Of a stretch of 64,000 nucleotides of DNA, positions 13,741 to 27,537 are shown piece by piece. The notes beneath the pieces were generated by a model. It did not search any database, was not told the DNA's origin, and saw only the letters and a program-made list of their open reading frames with translations. Made by a program: the position numbers and the translations under genes. Every line of letters begins with the position of its first letter. Position 1 is the first letter of the stretch. Source of the DNA: Octopus sinensis (Eukaryota); NCBI RefSeq assembly GCF_006345805.1, contig NC_043021.1, positions 28,582,001 to 28,646,000 of the forward strand, in the 5' to 3' direction.

Positions 13741-13810
13741 CATAGATATGTATATATGTATATATATATATATATATATATAGACATATGTATATATATA
13801 TACATATATA

Positions 13811-13843
<33 letters not shown>

Positions 13844-13959
13844 CATATGTATGTATATATATCATATATAATATATATATATATGAATATGTATATGTAC
13901 ATACATATGTATATATATATATATGTATGTATATGTATATATATATATATACATATATG

Positions 13960-14002
<43 letters not shown>

Positions 14003-14020
14003 GTATATATATTATATACG

Positions 14021-14060
<40 letters not shown>

Positions 14061-14067
14061 CGTATAT

Positions 14068-14117
<50 letters not shown>

Positions 14118-15229
14118 TATACATATACATATATAATATATATATATACATGTATATATGTATATATAGGCGGTCGATATATGCTGAAGATATCTGAGGA
14201 TATCTGAACAGGTGCCCGTACAATGTGTTAGGTGTCGAATTGATTGTTGAACAACTTGAAAGAATTGACTGCCTGGCGACTCAACTGAACCCACGTTCTC
14301 TCGATCGTGACTGCAGCAACCTAACCATTTCGATATATTAAGTGGCCCGCGGATGACCATAAATGCTAACAAACAGCTCCAAAACTTCCAAAATTCTGCT
14401 CTATATTTGTCCATACGTATCTGGAAGATTTCTTAATAGAAATTTAACTCCATACATATATTGATGTTTTTGTAAATAGTTAAAGCAGAAAGATAAACAT
14501 TGAAGCAGCATTGAGTACTCACAAATTCATACACACACACGCACGCACACAGTCTCACACACACACACACGCACGTACGCATACACACGCACACACATAG
14601 AGAGAGAGAGAGAGAGAGTGAGAGAGGCACACACACAGACACACTCATACAGAGACTCACATCCCCACCCCACGGCTATATCATACATAATGACAGTGAG
14701 ATTAAGAAAGTATTGTGAAAATGAGAGACACCTATCGATGAAATAATGTACTCGTTACTCCTCTCATCGATTACTTTCTTGTTACGTATTTAGTTTGAAA
14801 CATTACTTTAGATATTGTTCGCTGTCCTTTCTTTTCTTGCGACGTATATATTTATGTTTCATGTTTTTTATTGTCTCTTCTGTGTTTCGTTGTCCGTTGC
14901 TACGATATAATGATGACCAGCCATTTGTATTGTGTCTTTATACAATCAATATAATCTTCGTTTTATTATTTTTTCTTCATATTGGATGAATCGTAACAGT
15001 AAACTTCGTATTGAGTGGGTAACTGAATAACTCTATGCTAGCTATGGCGGTTTGTGCTGTTTGAATTTATGCATTTGATGTGTGTATTTCGACGTACGAT
15101 TCGTGAAAATTCAAAGTTAACATAATTACTTTGATAGTTGAAATGAATATTACAAAACACTTTGCTATGTTTTGGCTGATAGGAATTGTGAATAACTATG
15201 AAAGAGGTGAATTGTTCTTAAATCTAAAC

Positions 15230-16360
15230 CGAGTTCTTTTATAGATAAAATAAACGTTCAGTGATCAGCGCTATTGTATCAATGTTCAGGAAAGGTGATC
15301 CAGATAAATTGAACTTCTTAATATAAACTTACGACAGATATCAAAATGAAGTTATTTTAGAGATCAACTAAAATATTTTCATACAAACATTGAATTGTAT
15401 TTGTCTCAAATATGAGCGAAAGTTAATTCTTATTAACGACATTCTTCATAGATTTCCTGATTTCTTTTCATGGGCAACTGAAGTATTTCCCAGTCATGAA
15501 TAACTTTTTAAAGATAGCTTGAAGTAGTTTCAGAGATCAGTGCATTCGTTTCAGATCAGTAAACGTTCGTCTCATACCAAATGGAAGAAAATAGTTTCAG
15601 TATCTAACTGAATATTTTTCACTGAAATGAAGCTCAACTAAAATTGCTTCAAAGATTAAATGTCGTGTTTTCAGAGATGAATTTCAGTTGTTTCTGATCA
15701 ACTAACAATGTGTTCGGTATGTTGAATATATTTTCATTGCGCATCTAGAATCAAACAGATATCAATTGAAGTTATTGAACACATTTCACATCTTTTGAAA
15801 AGGCTTCAGAGATTTGGATTAAATATTATCAGAATCACATGAACAGAATTTGTTATAGTAGTTTTGTTTCAATGGCAATTGAGTAGAAGAACGTGTGAAG
15901 TTCTCTTGAAAACTCAACGAAAGATATTTCAAGATTTAAGTCCTTACGTGATATTTCTTCTAAGATAAATTCAGAGATCAACCAACTTGTTTCATATTAA
16001 GTTTAACTGAAACAATTTTTCTATAACTGTGGTGGTTTCAGAGATCAAATGAAGTTGTTTCCGCTCATGTCTCTGAATCGTTTCAGATCAGCTACGTCTA
16101 AAATGGTTTCTTGCTTGCTATTTTATTTTTAAGAGGGAAAGCAGTATTTATAACTCATGATAAGGCTTCGAGAGGTCGTCACACCGACGACCTGCTCCCA
16201 AATGCTTGCACAGAGTCGATCCCACCAAAGGCACAAAACATGCTAGGGAGTGCTGGTTTCAGTACGCCACCAAGATCAGCAAAGTTAGTAAAATGGCTTG
16301 CTTGATATCAACAGGAATTTACTCAGATTAAAAGAAAGTTATTTCAAAGATCAACTGACG
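15230..16360. repeat. Decayed ~22 bp minisatellite, consensus roughly GTTGTTTCAGAGATCAACTGAA
   Basis: Repeated variants: ttttagagatcaactaaa, gtttcagagatcag, gtttcagatcag, ttttcagagatgaa, gtttctgatcaactaa, ttcagagatcaacc, gtttcagagatcaaatgaagttgtttc, tttcaaagatcaactga. Confidence 0.65.
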
Positions 16361-16724
16361 TAATTCACGTCGAGGGGTTTTTAAGCAAAATGAAAGTCAC
16401 TTCACAACAATAAAATTATAAAGGACTATTTTTGTTAAAACATCTTTCTTATATTATTGTCATTTCCCGTTGTGTCTTTCCTAAAGGTAAATAATAATAT
16501 AAAAGAATTTTTACAAAAATAGGCGTTCATAATTTTATTGTTGTGAAGTAACTATAATTTTCCTTAGAAAATTCTCGACAATCAATATTTCAGTGGAACT
16601 TCAAAAAAGTTTTCTTTAATAATAATCGATAGACTTTTGAGTACTTTGAGCTCATAATACGCTGAAGTCCACAGATTATTATAGACGTATGTGAAGCATG
16701 AAACTCTTAGTATGCATGGCATAA

Positions 16725-16887
16725 TGGCGCAGGTGTAGCTGTGCGGTGGGAAGCTTTCTTCCCAATCACATGGTTTCGGGTTCAGTCCTACGGCGTGGAA
16801 CCTTGGGCAAGTGTCTCCTACTATAGCCTCGGGCCGACCAAAGTTTTAAGAGTAGATTTGGTAGACGGAAACTAAAAGAAGCCCGTC

Positions 16888-16920
<33 letters not shown>

Positions 16921-17110
16921 TATGTATTTTTGTGTGTCTGCGTCTGTGTTAGGCCTCCCACCATCGCTTGGTGTGTTTACGTTCCTGTAACTTAACAGTT
17001 CGGCAAAAAATTGCGACAGAATATGTACTAGGTTTGCAAAGAATAAGTCTTGGGGTCAGTTTCGTCGACTAAAGGCGATGCTCCAGCATGACTGAAACGA
17101 GTAAGAGATT
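16725..17110 (+). mobile_element. tRNA-derived SINE family A copy
   Basis: ggcgcaggtgtagctgtgcggtg...ggttcagtcc...ccttgggcaagtgtct...gtagacggaaactaaaagaagcccgtcg. Confidence 0.85.
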
Positions 17111-18102
17111 AAAATAATGGTACAGACACGCCGTTCGTATGAAAGACGAACGGCGATGTGGAGTTAACATATTTAATGTATGGAATAATAAAAAGGCAGG
17201 CAGATATAATTATGTAAGTGGTGTGGGTAACATACACCATCGCGCGCGCGCGCACACACACGGTCATTCGCACGCTCATGCACACACGTACACACGCACA
17301 CATATACATATATACACACGATAAGCTCCCATACAGTCTCCATAAAGCAGCGGTTTACCCGGAGCTGTAGTAGAAGAAGGACACTTCCCCAAGGTGCCGC
17401 ATAATGAAACTGAACCCGAAAACACGTGGGTGCGAAGTGCAACCCCACAATCATGACTGCTCTAATGATAAATTACAATTTCATTTTGCATTCGAAAATT
17501 ACGTAACACTAAACTACGTCTGTGAAACTATGGTCACGGTACTTGTCAAAATAAATGGATACGAAATTGAAAAATGTTGACAAAGAAATAAGGAATAATT
17601 ATTTTTCTTTAATGAAAGCACGGTGCGCTATGCATTTTCTTACAAGGCCCACAGGGTTTCGGTGTGTGAGAGATCGGGCCTGATGTCCTTTATTAACTGA
17701 CTAAAAGCCCCATCAGGTGAATTGTACCTGTAGTTCAAAAGACGATTTGTCACACAGCGTGTAAATGTATCTTTCAAATGCTCAGAGCCTGAAACGCTAA
17801 TTCAAGAGCAAGTTTCTCAGTTCATCACACGATGATACGATTCATATATATTTATATACATATATACATATATACATACATACATGCATATATATATATA
17901 TATGCATGTATGCATATATGTACATATATATATATATATCTAAATAAATATATATAAATCAATAAATGGTGGGGTTGTGTTGACCGCAGGTGGAGAAATG
18001 ATAGGCAAGGAAAAATTATAAAAAGGCAGAATACTAAATTGAAGGTTAATTTTAATGAAATGGGTGTGTGGAAAATTAATTTTTTTTTTCTTTTCACCTT
18101 AC

Positions 18103-18144
18103 AATTCTTGAAAAGTCGCATTACTACGAAAACCGGTTTGAATT
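18103..18144 (+). ncRNA. Minimal hammerhead-like motif, U3-A8 variant, inside a small fold-back element
   Basis: AATTC-TTGAAAA-GT(CGCATTACT)AC-GAAAA-CCGG-TTT-GAATT: 5 bp stem I and palindrome AAACCGGTTT. Flanked by inverted arms at about 18038-18090 and 18160-18212. Confidence 0.55.
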
Positions 18145-19524
18145 AATATATATATATTAAAAAAAAAATTTAATTTTCCCAACATCCATTTTCATTAAAA
18201 TTTACCTTCAATATATATATGTATGTATGTATGTATGTAAATGAGGGGCATTGCACCGTTGCCATCTACCAGCTGCTACTCTTGACAGTAGTGTATGGCA
18301 AACCACACATATCTATGTTGATTTGCATTGCGATCGAACCAGGAACAATGTGGCTTTCTACATTTTAGCCACAGCGTCTATGCCTACGCTTATATAACCA
18401 GTGAGATGAAGTCACGGTTTATTCAACTCGGTCACATCATTTTACCTGATAAAGAGGAAAGCGAATATGCAACTACATTTTAAAACATTATGTGTAGCTT
18501 ATGTAACTCGACACTATCAGTCACTCCCTCGCTGAAATTGGTCGAATGGTAATAAAATACAAAATCTGCCAAGTCTCCTCGGAGGAATATTTTAAGATAA
18601 AGGTGGGAATGTGTGAAAATGCTGTAAAGAATCCTTGTTTTGGCGACGTTAAACTGTTTTTGAATAACTCACTGTGAATCACAAATAGAAATAAGATACA
18701 TAATCTATAATTTTTTTTCTCTTCACATCCGATAAAAATATAAATTATTTTTATTGTATAAATAACTGTAAATGATTATTGAATCAAAAAAGAAGGGCTT
18801 ATCATGACTTGAAATGTTGTTTTTGTTGTTAGTTGTCACCAAGTCTGGTCGATCCGATCTTTGGTCAAGGTCATCTCAGCCTCAATCCTTTCGTCTTTTA
18901 GTGACAGTCTACGACTACCATAGTGTGTTATTCTCATTTTCTGGCGGTGATCTTATGTGACGGAATTTTCTTTGGTCGTTCTAGTAGATCTCACAACCGC
19001 ATAGAGTATTTGGACAGTATACCCATATGTAGTTCTATTGCCTAATGAGAATGAACAACTATCAAATGACGAGAGAGCGTCGGAGCCTTTCAGAAAACCT
19101 TACGAACAGGAGTCAAACACCTCTTGACTTTAAGAAGACTAAGGGCATTTCTGACAGTCTTTTATTAATATACAAAATGATGACAAGTTTAAGAATGCAA
19201 CGCCTTTGATCGTAAGTTTATTGAATACTTTAGACGTGGAGGTAAGCAACGACAACAACAACAACAACAACTGTAACATTAACATTTCAATAATATATTG
19301 ATATGACCTTAGAAAAATGACCAGGAAATACATTGTATAGAAAAAGTTACTAAAAAAAAATGATCGAGCAAATGCAACATATATAAGAAGAGAAAAGATC
19401 TTCATTCTTGGCCTGCAGAGTAACATTCTTCATCTTTTAAAATGTGGACGGCGTAGACCCGAATGAAACAAGTAAAGCAATAATAAACTATTTTAATCTC
19501 GAGCAAGGCGGGTTTGTCTTCTAG

Positions 19525-19601
<77 letters not shown>

Positions 19602-19672
19602 AGAATTCACGAAAAAACAAAAGACGAAGACAGGTGGTGTAGAAAACAAACAGATATATTAGTATACATCTG

Positions 19673-19737
<65 letters not shown>

Positions 19738-21534
19738 TGTAAATATGTATGCATGTATATTCACCAGGACATCAGAGTGTAAGAAATGCCAAAATACATT
19801 TGCAAGATATTATTACAGTCATTATAACTGAAATACACATGAAACGATGTCGGTTGACTGCTAGCTGGGAGATAAATATTTCTTCAGTTAATTAAATATT
19901 TTATTCATAAGTTAATTAATTTAGCCCCCGGTGACATAAAAATATTTGTTTACACATGTTTACATTTCACAGCAAAGATAGAATTGTAATTATGTATATT
20001 TGCGCAAAATTTCAAATACTCTTTTTAGATGAAATGATCGTTAGGGTGTTGAACTTGTGATTGCAAGGTCGTGATTTCGATTCTCTGAACAATGCTTTAT
20101 GTTCTGAATGAAATTAAAACTGAAAAAAAAAAGCAATACGTCCATTCCGTTATTCTAGTTCATTCAACTGGAAACGAATACCGCAAAAAGTAACTTGTAA
20201 TTTAAGAGAATAATCTCAAATGCGAACAAACGTCATTTTTACCTTCGTGGTACGATTCATATCGAGTCCAGTTTGATACAAAAAGCGACTAGTTGCTTCA
20301 ATCCTTTTCAAGTGAGACTAAAACATTCAAGAAGTGTACTCTTTAGAGTTTTTATGAGTGAAATAGATGTCACAATATTTTTCTCTCACTGGTTAATACA
20401 ACCAATGAATAACAATGAACGACCAAACCTTGCATGAGCTTCGCTAAACATTGAATTAGTCACTACTCATTTATAGACCAATTAAGCAGATTTACATAAG
20501 TTTATACAACACCAGACACCAGAATATAACTTTAACAGGTACAAAGAGGAAAAGCAATGAAATCAATTTGAAATTCATGACACATCGGGTGAAAGTACAT
20601 TATTTTTAAATAAAAGAGTGTTTCAATTCAACGTAATTTAAACAGAACTAGTTTGGTTTCTTCAAAAAACAAACATAAGAATGACAACTTCAGGGGCAAA
20701 ACATGCAAAATATTACAAGTAATTTCTTACAAACGTAAATATTTAAAGAAGAAATAACAAGTTTTAAGGGAAAATGTAACCAAGAATTATGCAGATATCG
20801 GGAATAAAATGCGGTAAACTGTTGAATGTGTTTATGTAAACAGCGCCGCATTTCCGTTAAAATTAATAAAATTCTATCAAAAGAACCTCGTATCGTTAAA
20901 AATTGAAAAGAGCCATGCAAGACAATAACCATTGAAACGCACATATCTACCATTATATTCATTCTATGCAATGAAACTACGATATAATTATGAATAGTTT
21001 TATATACTGTAAAATCTCACTTGAAAAGCTATAAAAAATATCTCACCTGGTCAAAGCCGTATTTATACAGCAGCAAGAAAGTGTTAACATTTAGTCAAAA
21101 GTTATAGCAACGAACATTTCAAGAGGTGCTGACCCTCAAATGGTGTGATGAGTAATATTATATCTGTCACAACGGGCAATATATACTTTTATTGCTTATG
21201 GACCAGAATTAAATAAAAAAAACTGAATTTTCGTGCAATCCAAACTGAATTATACTTTGGAATATGGTCATAAGGGGGGGGGGGGGTGAAAGAAAAACAA
21301 AGCTGATTTTTGTGCAACTTTCTGAAGGTTACATCATTTTGATAACTCATTTGTTCCTCTTTGAGCATGATGTAAACCACCGTGAGGTAACGAAGACCTG
21401 AAAATTTGCTAAACTGGCATTGTTTCTATAACAACTTATGTAACAAGCTTCACTTTGTTATGAAACAATTGTAGTCCGTGCTTTACCAATTCCATTCCTT
21501 AAATTTTGAATGTATGTGCGTATGATATATATAT

Positions 21535-21945
21535 ATCCAAATAAGCAACAAGGATATCCAAAGGTAGTGTAGTACAATCGTTTCATGCTACTTCATTTAA
21601 TTAAACAATGTAAGTATTACATCAGTTTTAAAATGCAGAGCACTCTTCAGTCACATATGGAATTTTAAAAAATCAAATTGACAATGTTCTTTATTATACT
21701 TATTCCATAGAATAAAAAAAATCCATATGTGGCTGAAGAGTGCTCTACATTTTAAAACTGATGTAATACATTGTTTAATTAAATGAAGTAACATGAAACG
21801 ATCGTACTACACTACCTTTGGATATCCTTGTTGCTTGTTTTGATTATAATCACCCCATTTGATTTATATGGATAATACCATACCACATTCTGGTGCCTTC
21901 AACTTAAGTACTATATTCATCTGAATCTAATTTTTTTCTGAACCA
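21535..21945. mobile_element. Non-coding fold-back element carrying two inverted long-stem-II hammerhead motifs
   Basis: Arms at about 21535-21662 and 21720-21843. The tail (ttgattataatcacccc...ttctggtgc...aagtac.atattcat.tgaatctaa) is shared with 25470-25570; the core is shared with 10639-10750. Confidence 0.8.
21728..21811 (+). ncRNA. Type-I hammerhead motif with 55 nt stem II region
   Basis: TGTGG-CTGAAGA-GTGCTCTACATTT...AAATGAAGTAACAT-GAAAC-GATC-GTA-CTACA. In the mirror copy (21568-21655, minus) the stem II base pairs GTGCT/AGCAT. Confidence 0.65.
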
Positions 21946-24367
21946 TATAAATATATATTTTATATACATACATATATATGTTTTAATTTATGTTGGCATG
22001 TAAACATTACTGTAAATATATACATGCATATATACATATATACATATATATACATATATATATATACATACATATTATTTGTATATATGCGTATATATAT
22101 ATGTATATATATATGTGTGTGTATACATGTGTGTGTGTATACGCACAATCATGCATACATTGTCTATGTATCTATCTGTGAGTGTCTGTGCGCGCGTGCG
22201 CGTTTCTATACAGATCCTTGTTAGTTTGGTACATCTATACTATCACTGTGTAGACAAAGACAAACTGAAAATTCTTGTCCCGCTCATAGACGGCTAGAAC
22301 TGTTTTCATCTGATGAAAAGACATGAACCGTATCCTCTCGGTAGTATAGTTTATTCAATAGAATGTTATTTGATGATATCGATTACGGTATGATAAATTA
22401 TTTTATCGATCTCACTCCTACACGCACCAGAGATATAATTAATTCAACTAAAACTGATTTTTACTGTTCTTAATTACGTTTGATCTTTTCGCCGACATCC
22501 GTTGTTATTGATGTTGTTGTTGCTTGTGACGTTGTTGTTTAGTACCAATTCACCTATGCTCAAACAGACCTAAAATCAAAGACATTCTTGCCATGACTGT
22601 TCCATCTTTTATTTCACCAATATTGAAGATTCCAGATTATGGCTTCGGAAGATTTGGCTGTTATTTTTGTTTTATATTCATTGGTAGGCGATAAATGCTA
22701 TATATATTCGAGTCTCAAGGGAAGAAGACTACACTTAGATATCTCCTTATCCTCAAATACAAATTTCCCAACCCACATGAGGAAATGAGCGCCGTGTGTC
22801 AAACCAAGGAAGCATTTGTCTACTTAGCTATATGGCTTTCAAATTCCGGCTGAAGGCCAACAAATTTCGGGCGAGGGCTTCAGTAGATTACATCGACTTC
22901 AACCGCAGAGAGGCGAAAGGCAAAGTCGACCTCGGCGAAACTTGAACTGAGATCGTAAAGAAGGACGAAATGCAGTTCGGCATTCTTTCCGGCATGCTAA
23001 CCATTCTGCTATCTCGTCGCCTTCTACTCTGTCATAATATCGGCACCGACAGCGTTACATTAACTCGAAGACAAAGCATACTTGTTGAAGCGTCGAATAG
23101 AATTCTCTGCGAAATCCAGTGCGCTTCTGCATATACACTTATTCGTGTATGTGTATGTGTGTGTATATGCACACATATACAGGAATGTTTACTTATGCTA
23201 ATCGTGATTATATTTTTTTATGATGACGGGAATATCATAAGGGAGACCTATTTCTTGTGTCAGTGATAGAAAATGATAGAAAACTGAATGAACGATATAA
23301 AAATCATTATGATTGTTTCGAAACATTTTTACATCCGTAATAAATTTGTGAGATGTTGTGTAATCATTATCATGCAACCAGGTGTAAACTGCACCTTACG
23401 TGATTTTTTAAAGACGTGTTACGTTAGAACCTACTGTCGTTTCACTCCCGTTAAAAAAAATTGTTTCAGCAATCGCCTCAGAAGGTGAATTTTATACATG
23501 GTTGCATGATAATGATTACATGTACTACGGGTCTAAAAGTGCATCGAAACAATTGTAGTGACTTTTAAAATAAAGAATATCGTTCAATCTATTTTCTATC
23601 ATTTATCTATCTATAAAAACTCTACAGATACTATTGAATCCCTGATACATATCCTGTATCAGGAGTATTTCCATTGCATGATGACATCAGAGAGCCAATA
23701 ACTGTGGACGAGATTTGCATCGCATACTATAAGGTTTTTACCTAAATCTTATTTAACCACACACACAAACACACACGTACACATACATATACACACACAC
23801 ATACACGCACATACATATACACGTGAGTGTGAGAATATGTGTATGTGTGTGTATGTGTGCATTTATAAACATATGTATATATATATATATTGAATCCCTG
23901 ATACATATCATGTATGTATACTCCTGTTTCTATATGCTGTATGTTTATACGCATGCCTTTGCGTGTATGTGTGTAAACCCGTGAATGTAAATATCTGTAT
24001 TGGTATGTGCGTGTATTCGACTACATAGGATATTTATATTCATCGGCACACTCTCTGCGAACGTATGCAACGTATCTTCAAATTTTCCATATTTTTTGTT
24101 TATCATGTTTATTTATTTATTTAATTATTTAATTATTGAAATCCATTATAAAAATATGAAATATCCACGTGACATTGTAATTGTTTTTATAATTTGTTTT
24201 AAAATAATGCAACAAATGGCATGGCCCCATGATTTGAAATTATGTTGACGGGTGCCAACGCATGAAACTCACAGTATCTATCTACCAGTCCGTCTGTCTG
24301 TCTATATTTTTACACACGCACACACACGTGCGCGCACACACTCAAATATGTGTTTACATATATATAT

Positions 24368-24426
<59 letters not shown>

Positions 24427-25036
24427 GTGTGTGTGTGTGTGTGTGTATGTGCGTATATGTATGTATATATGTATATATCTATATATACATATGTATATAC
24501 ATTATTGTGCCTGGGGAGAGTAATTCCGTTTTAATGCCTTATTAATTAACACACTCACCGGTTCGATTTCCACTCATTTACTTATTTATTTTTCTCTAAA
24601 CTTTTCGCTGCTTCTTCCAAACTTTTCAATGAACTTTGAAGGTTTATACATATAGGCAATATAAATATATGCATATACGCAAAATCATACTTGTAATAAG
24701 AAACTGATAGATATAAGACAGAGACAGAACGAGATGGAGAGGACAGAGAACGAAGAAAGAGAGAGAGAGAGAAAGAGAAAGAAGAGACGAAAGTAAGGGA
24801 GGAAGTGAATTAAAAGTCCTTTGTGCCAGTAAAAAGTTCAGACAAAATATGAGAAAGGTGTAAGAAGAAAAACTGAGAAAGCAAGGAGTAAAATGGTTGC
24901 AAAGTGAGAGAAAAATAGCCATATAGTCTTTGTTTCTATGTATGTATTCATACATTCATTCATTCATTCATTCATACACACATACATATATACATACATG
25001 CAAGCATGCATCTATCCATACCTACAGATATTCATA

Positions 25037-25104
<68 letters not shown>

Positions 25105-25170
25105 AGGTCCCGGGTTGAGTCGGGGTTAACCACAGTAAATAAGGTACTCATTACATGGGAGAGTAAATTA

Positions 25171-25282
25171 ATTTATTTTATAGAAGGAGCTTCTACAGGA
25201 CTAGAACTGTTTCATTCTTCCTGATGATTTCATTTGAATGAAACAGTTCTAGTCCTGTAGAAGCTCCTTCTATAAAATAAAT
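25171..25282. repeat. Perfect 47 bp hairpin with a hammerhead core across loop and right arm
   Basis: 25171-25217 is the reverse complement of 25236-25282. CTGATGA-TTTC(ATTT)GAAT-GAAAC-AGTTCTA-GTC at 25221-25254; the 5' strand of stem I is missing. Confidence 0.8.
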
Positions 25283-25362
25283 ATATATATATATATGTGT
25301 GTGTGTGTATGTATATATATATATATAATATATATATATATATATAATATATATATATATAT

Positions 25363-25570
25363 ATCAAAATAAGCAACAAGAATGACTCCGGTAATTTGGT
25401 ACGATTGTATAACATATATATATGTATATTATACAATCGTACCAAATTACCGGAGTCATTCGTGTTGCTTATTTTGATTATAATCACCCCACAAATTTTT
25501 ATGGATAACACCATACAAAATTCTGGTGCATCTAAATTAAGTACCATATTCATTTGAATCTAAATTTTTG

Positions 25571-25571
<1 letters not shown>
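25363..25571. repeat. Shorter fold-back member of the 21535-21945 family
   Basis: ~50 bp inverted arms (25363-25412 / 25429-25478) around a TA-rich loop, followed by the same tail as 21840-21940. Confidence 0.75.
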
Positions 25572-25615
<44 letters not shown>

Positions 25616-27493
25616 TATGTGTGATACCTGTATTTCAAAGGGTCAGCCTTGTAACATTTTGGGTCACGCTGAATCTCCCTGAGAGCTACGTTAAGGGTAC
25701 ATGCGTCTGTGAAGTGCTCAGCCAATTGCAGGTTAAATTCACGAGCTAGCTGCTCCGCTGATCGTATCAGCTGGGAACCACGTCGCTCCATTTTTTATAT
25801 ATACATATGCTTGTATGCATAAATATGTGAATAACTAGGTATCTATCAATCTGTTTCTGTCATTATAACTTCATCTCTCTCTCGCTCTCTCTGTGAATGT
25901 GTGTATGTATATAGGACATTTTGGTACAGTTTCACACAGAAAAACGTAAGAAAACGTAAGAATCCCTGCCATATTCCATTCACACACACACGCACGCACA
26001 CATATGTATATGTAAATGATTAGGGATAGACAGAAAAGTTTAGAACTACCGTTATATTTAAGAACTTCAATGTTACAGCGTGGCATCGATGATATTTAGG
26101 AATAGAAAACGTGAGGACATATAAAACCCATGTGTGCACTTTATGATGCCGCTTACTTTATATCGATAAGTATGCACTTGCGAAACAATATGTATCTTGT
26201 TTAGTCCGCTGTACATCGTAGCAGTCAAGACGCATTTTATAAGGAATTAGTTTACATTAATCAGACATGACCGTTAGCTACTGACATACGTGAGTATCTG
26301 TTCCGTTCACTTGAATTACGGTCAATGACTGATGGAATAACAACATAGCTGTTACATAATTAGCCAACCTGTAACTCTAGAAATAGCTTCACAGCCAACT
26401 AGGTGATCCAACTAATTTAAGAACATTGTACACCAAAAATTCTCCCTTCGGCATCAAATGGTAAAAGAGCTAACAGCATATGCATTCGGGTCTCGCTTCC
26501 TTCAATGTCTACACTCATTCAGAACAGAATGCAGATTAAATACCATAATTTTATAATATTGTTTTTCTCATCTCCCATATAAGGTACCACAGAATGATAT
26601 GAATACCAGTAAAATTAGGCTCATATCTTTCAAAAATCTTACCCAGAATTTAATGGGGCAAGGAACTGTGGATTTTGCCTCATCAAGGAATTCCATATTT
26701 TCATGCAACTTGCATCGTATCTTAGAAAGCTAGATGTGTCGTCCAAATATCGAAAGCACTTTTATATTCACAACTCATAGATACCGACATTAAAATACCA
26801 CGTCTAAAATGGCTTCACCTCCTTCGAAGTTCCAGATTCGTCAAAGGTCAGGGGTTCACATAACGTAAAATGCCCGATCAGCAGCTTTCTATTTACTAAC
26901 TCTCACCATCTTTAGAAAATTCCCAGTGCCATCTCAAGGATCACAGCTACAAACTGCTTTGTATAACAGTGTAAATGTTTCTGTGACAATGAAGTGTAAG
27001 TGCTGACTGATTACTAATAAAAATAAATTGGACTTCATGCTGTGACTGTCTTTATTTATTTATTCATTTATTTATTTATTTGTAGACGTAACTACATTTA
27101 CTCTCAGCCGACAACCATTTAGCTTCGCATTACACCAATATTCGCTGCTGATTTTCTTATATAATTTTATGTGCGTGTATAAAGAGAGAGAATGGCTGGT
27201 AGAGGAAATGAATGAGTTAAGATATAAAAGAAAGAGACCTGAAGAGAAAGAGAATGTTAAGACTGGTAAGATAAGAAGAAAACGTGATTGGATAAACATC
27301 AAAAAACACAAACACACGAAGAGCTGTGATAGTATATGTGTGTATGTAAGTACCTGCATATAAAGATTCACCTACTTACGTATATTTATATATATATATA
27401 TATATGTGTGTGTGTCTGAATGTGCATATATGTCTGTGAGCGTGCAAATACACACATACATACATACATACATACATATACATACATACATAT

Positions 27494-27537
<44 letters not shown>

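Noticed and set aside
14170-14414. [23 protein letters not shown]... as a possible first exon of the prohormone gene
   Set aside because: The donor sites I could see are phase 0 or 2 rather than the required phase 1, the downstream part looks SINE-derived, and there is no prohormone peptide motif.
15230-16360. CRISPR-like repeat-spacer reading of the recurring motif
   Set aside because: Eukaryotic context, degenerate repeats, irregular spacing and no cas genes.
19139-19290. Signal-peptide-like MLMLQLLLLLLSLLTSTS on the minus strand
   Set aside because: The hydrophobic run comes from an (AAC)n microsatellite, and no convincing donor was found.
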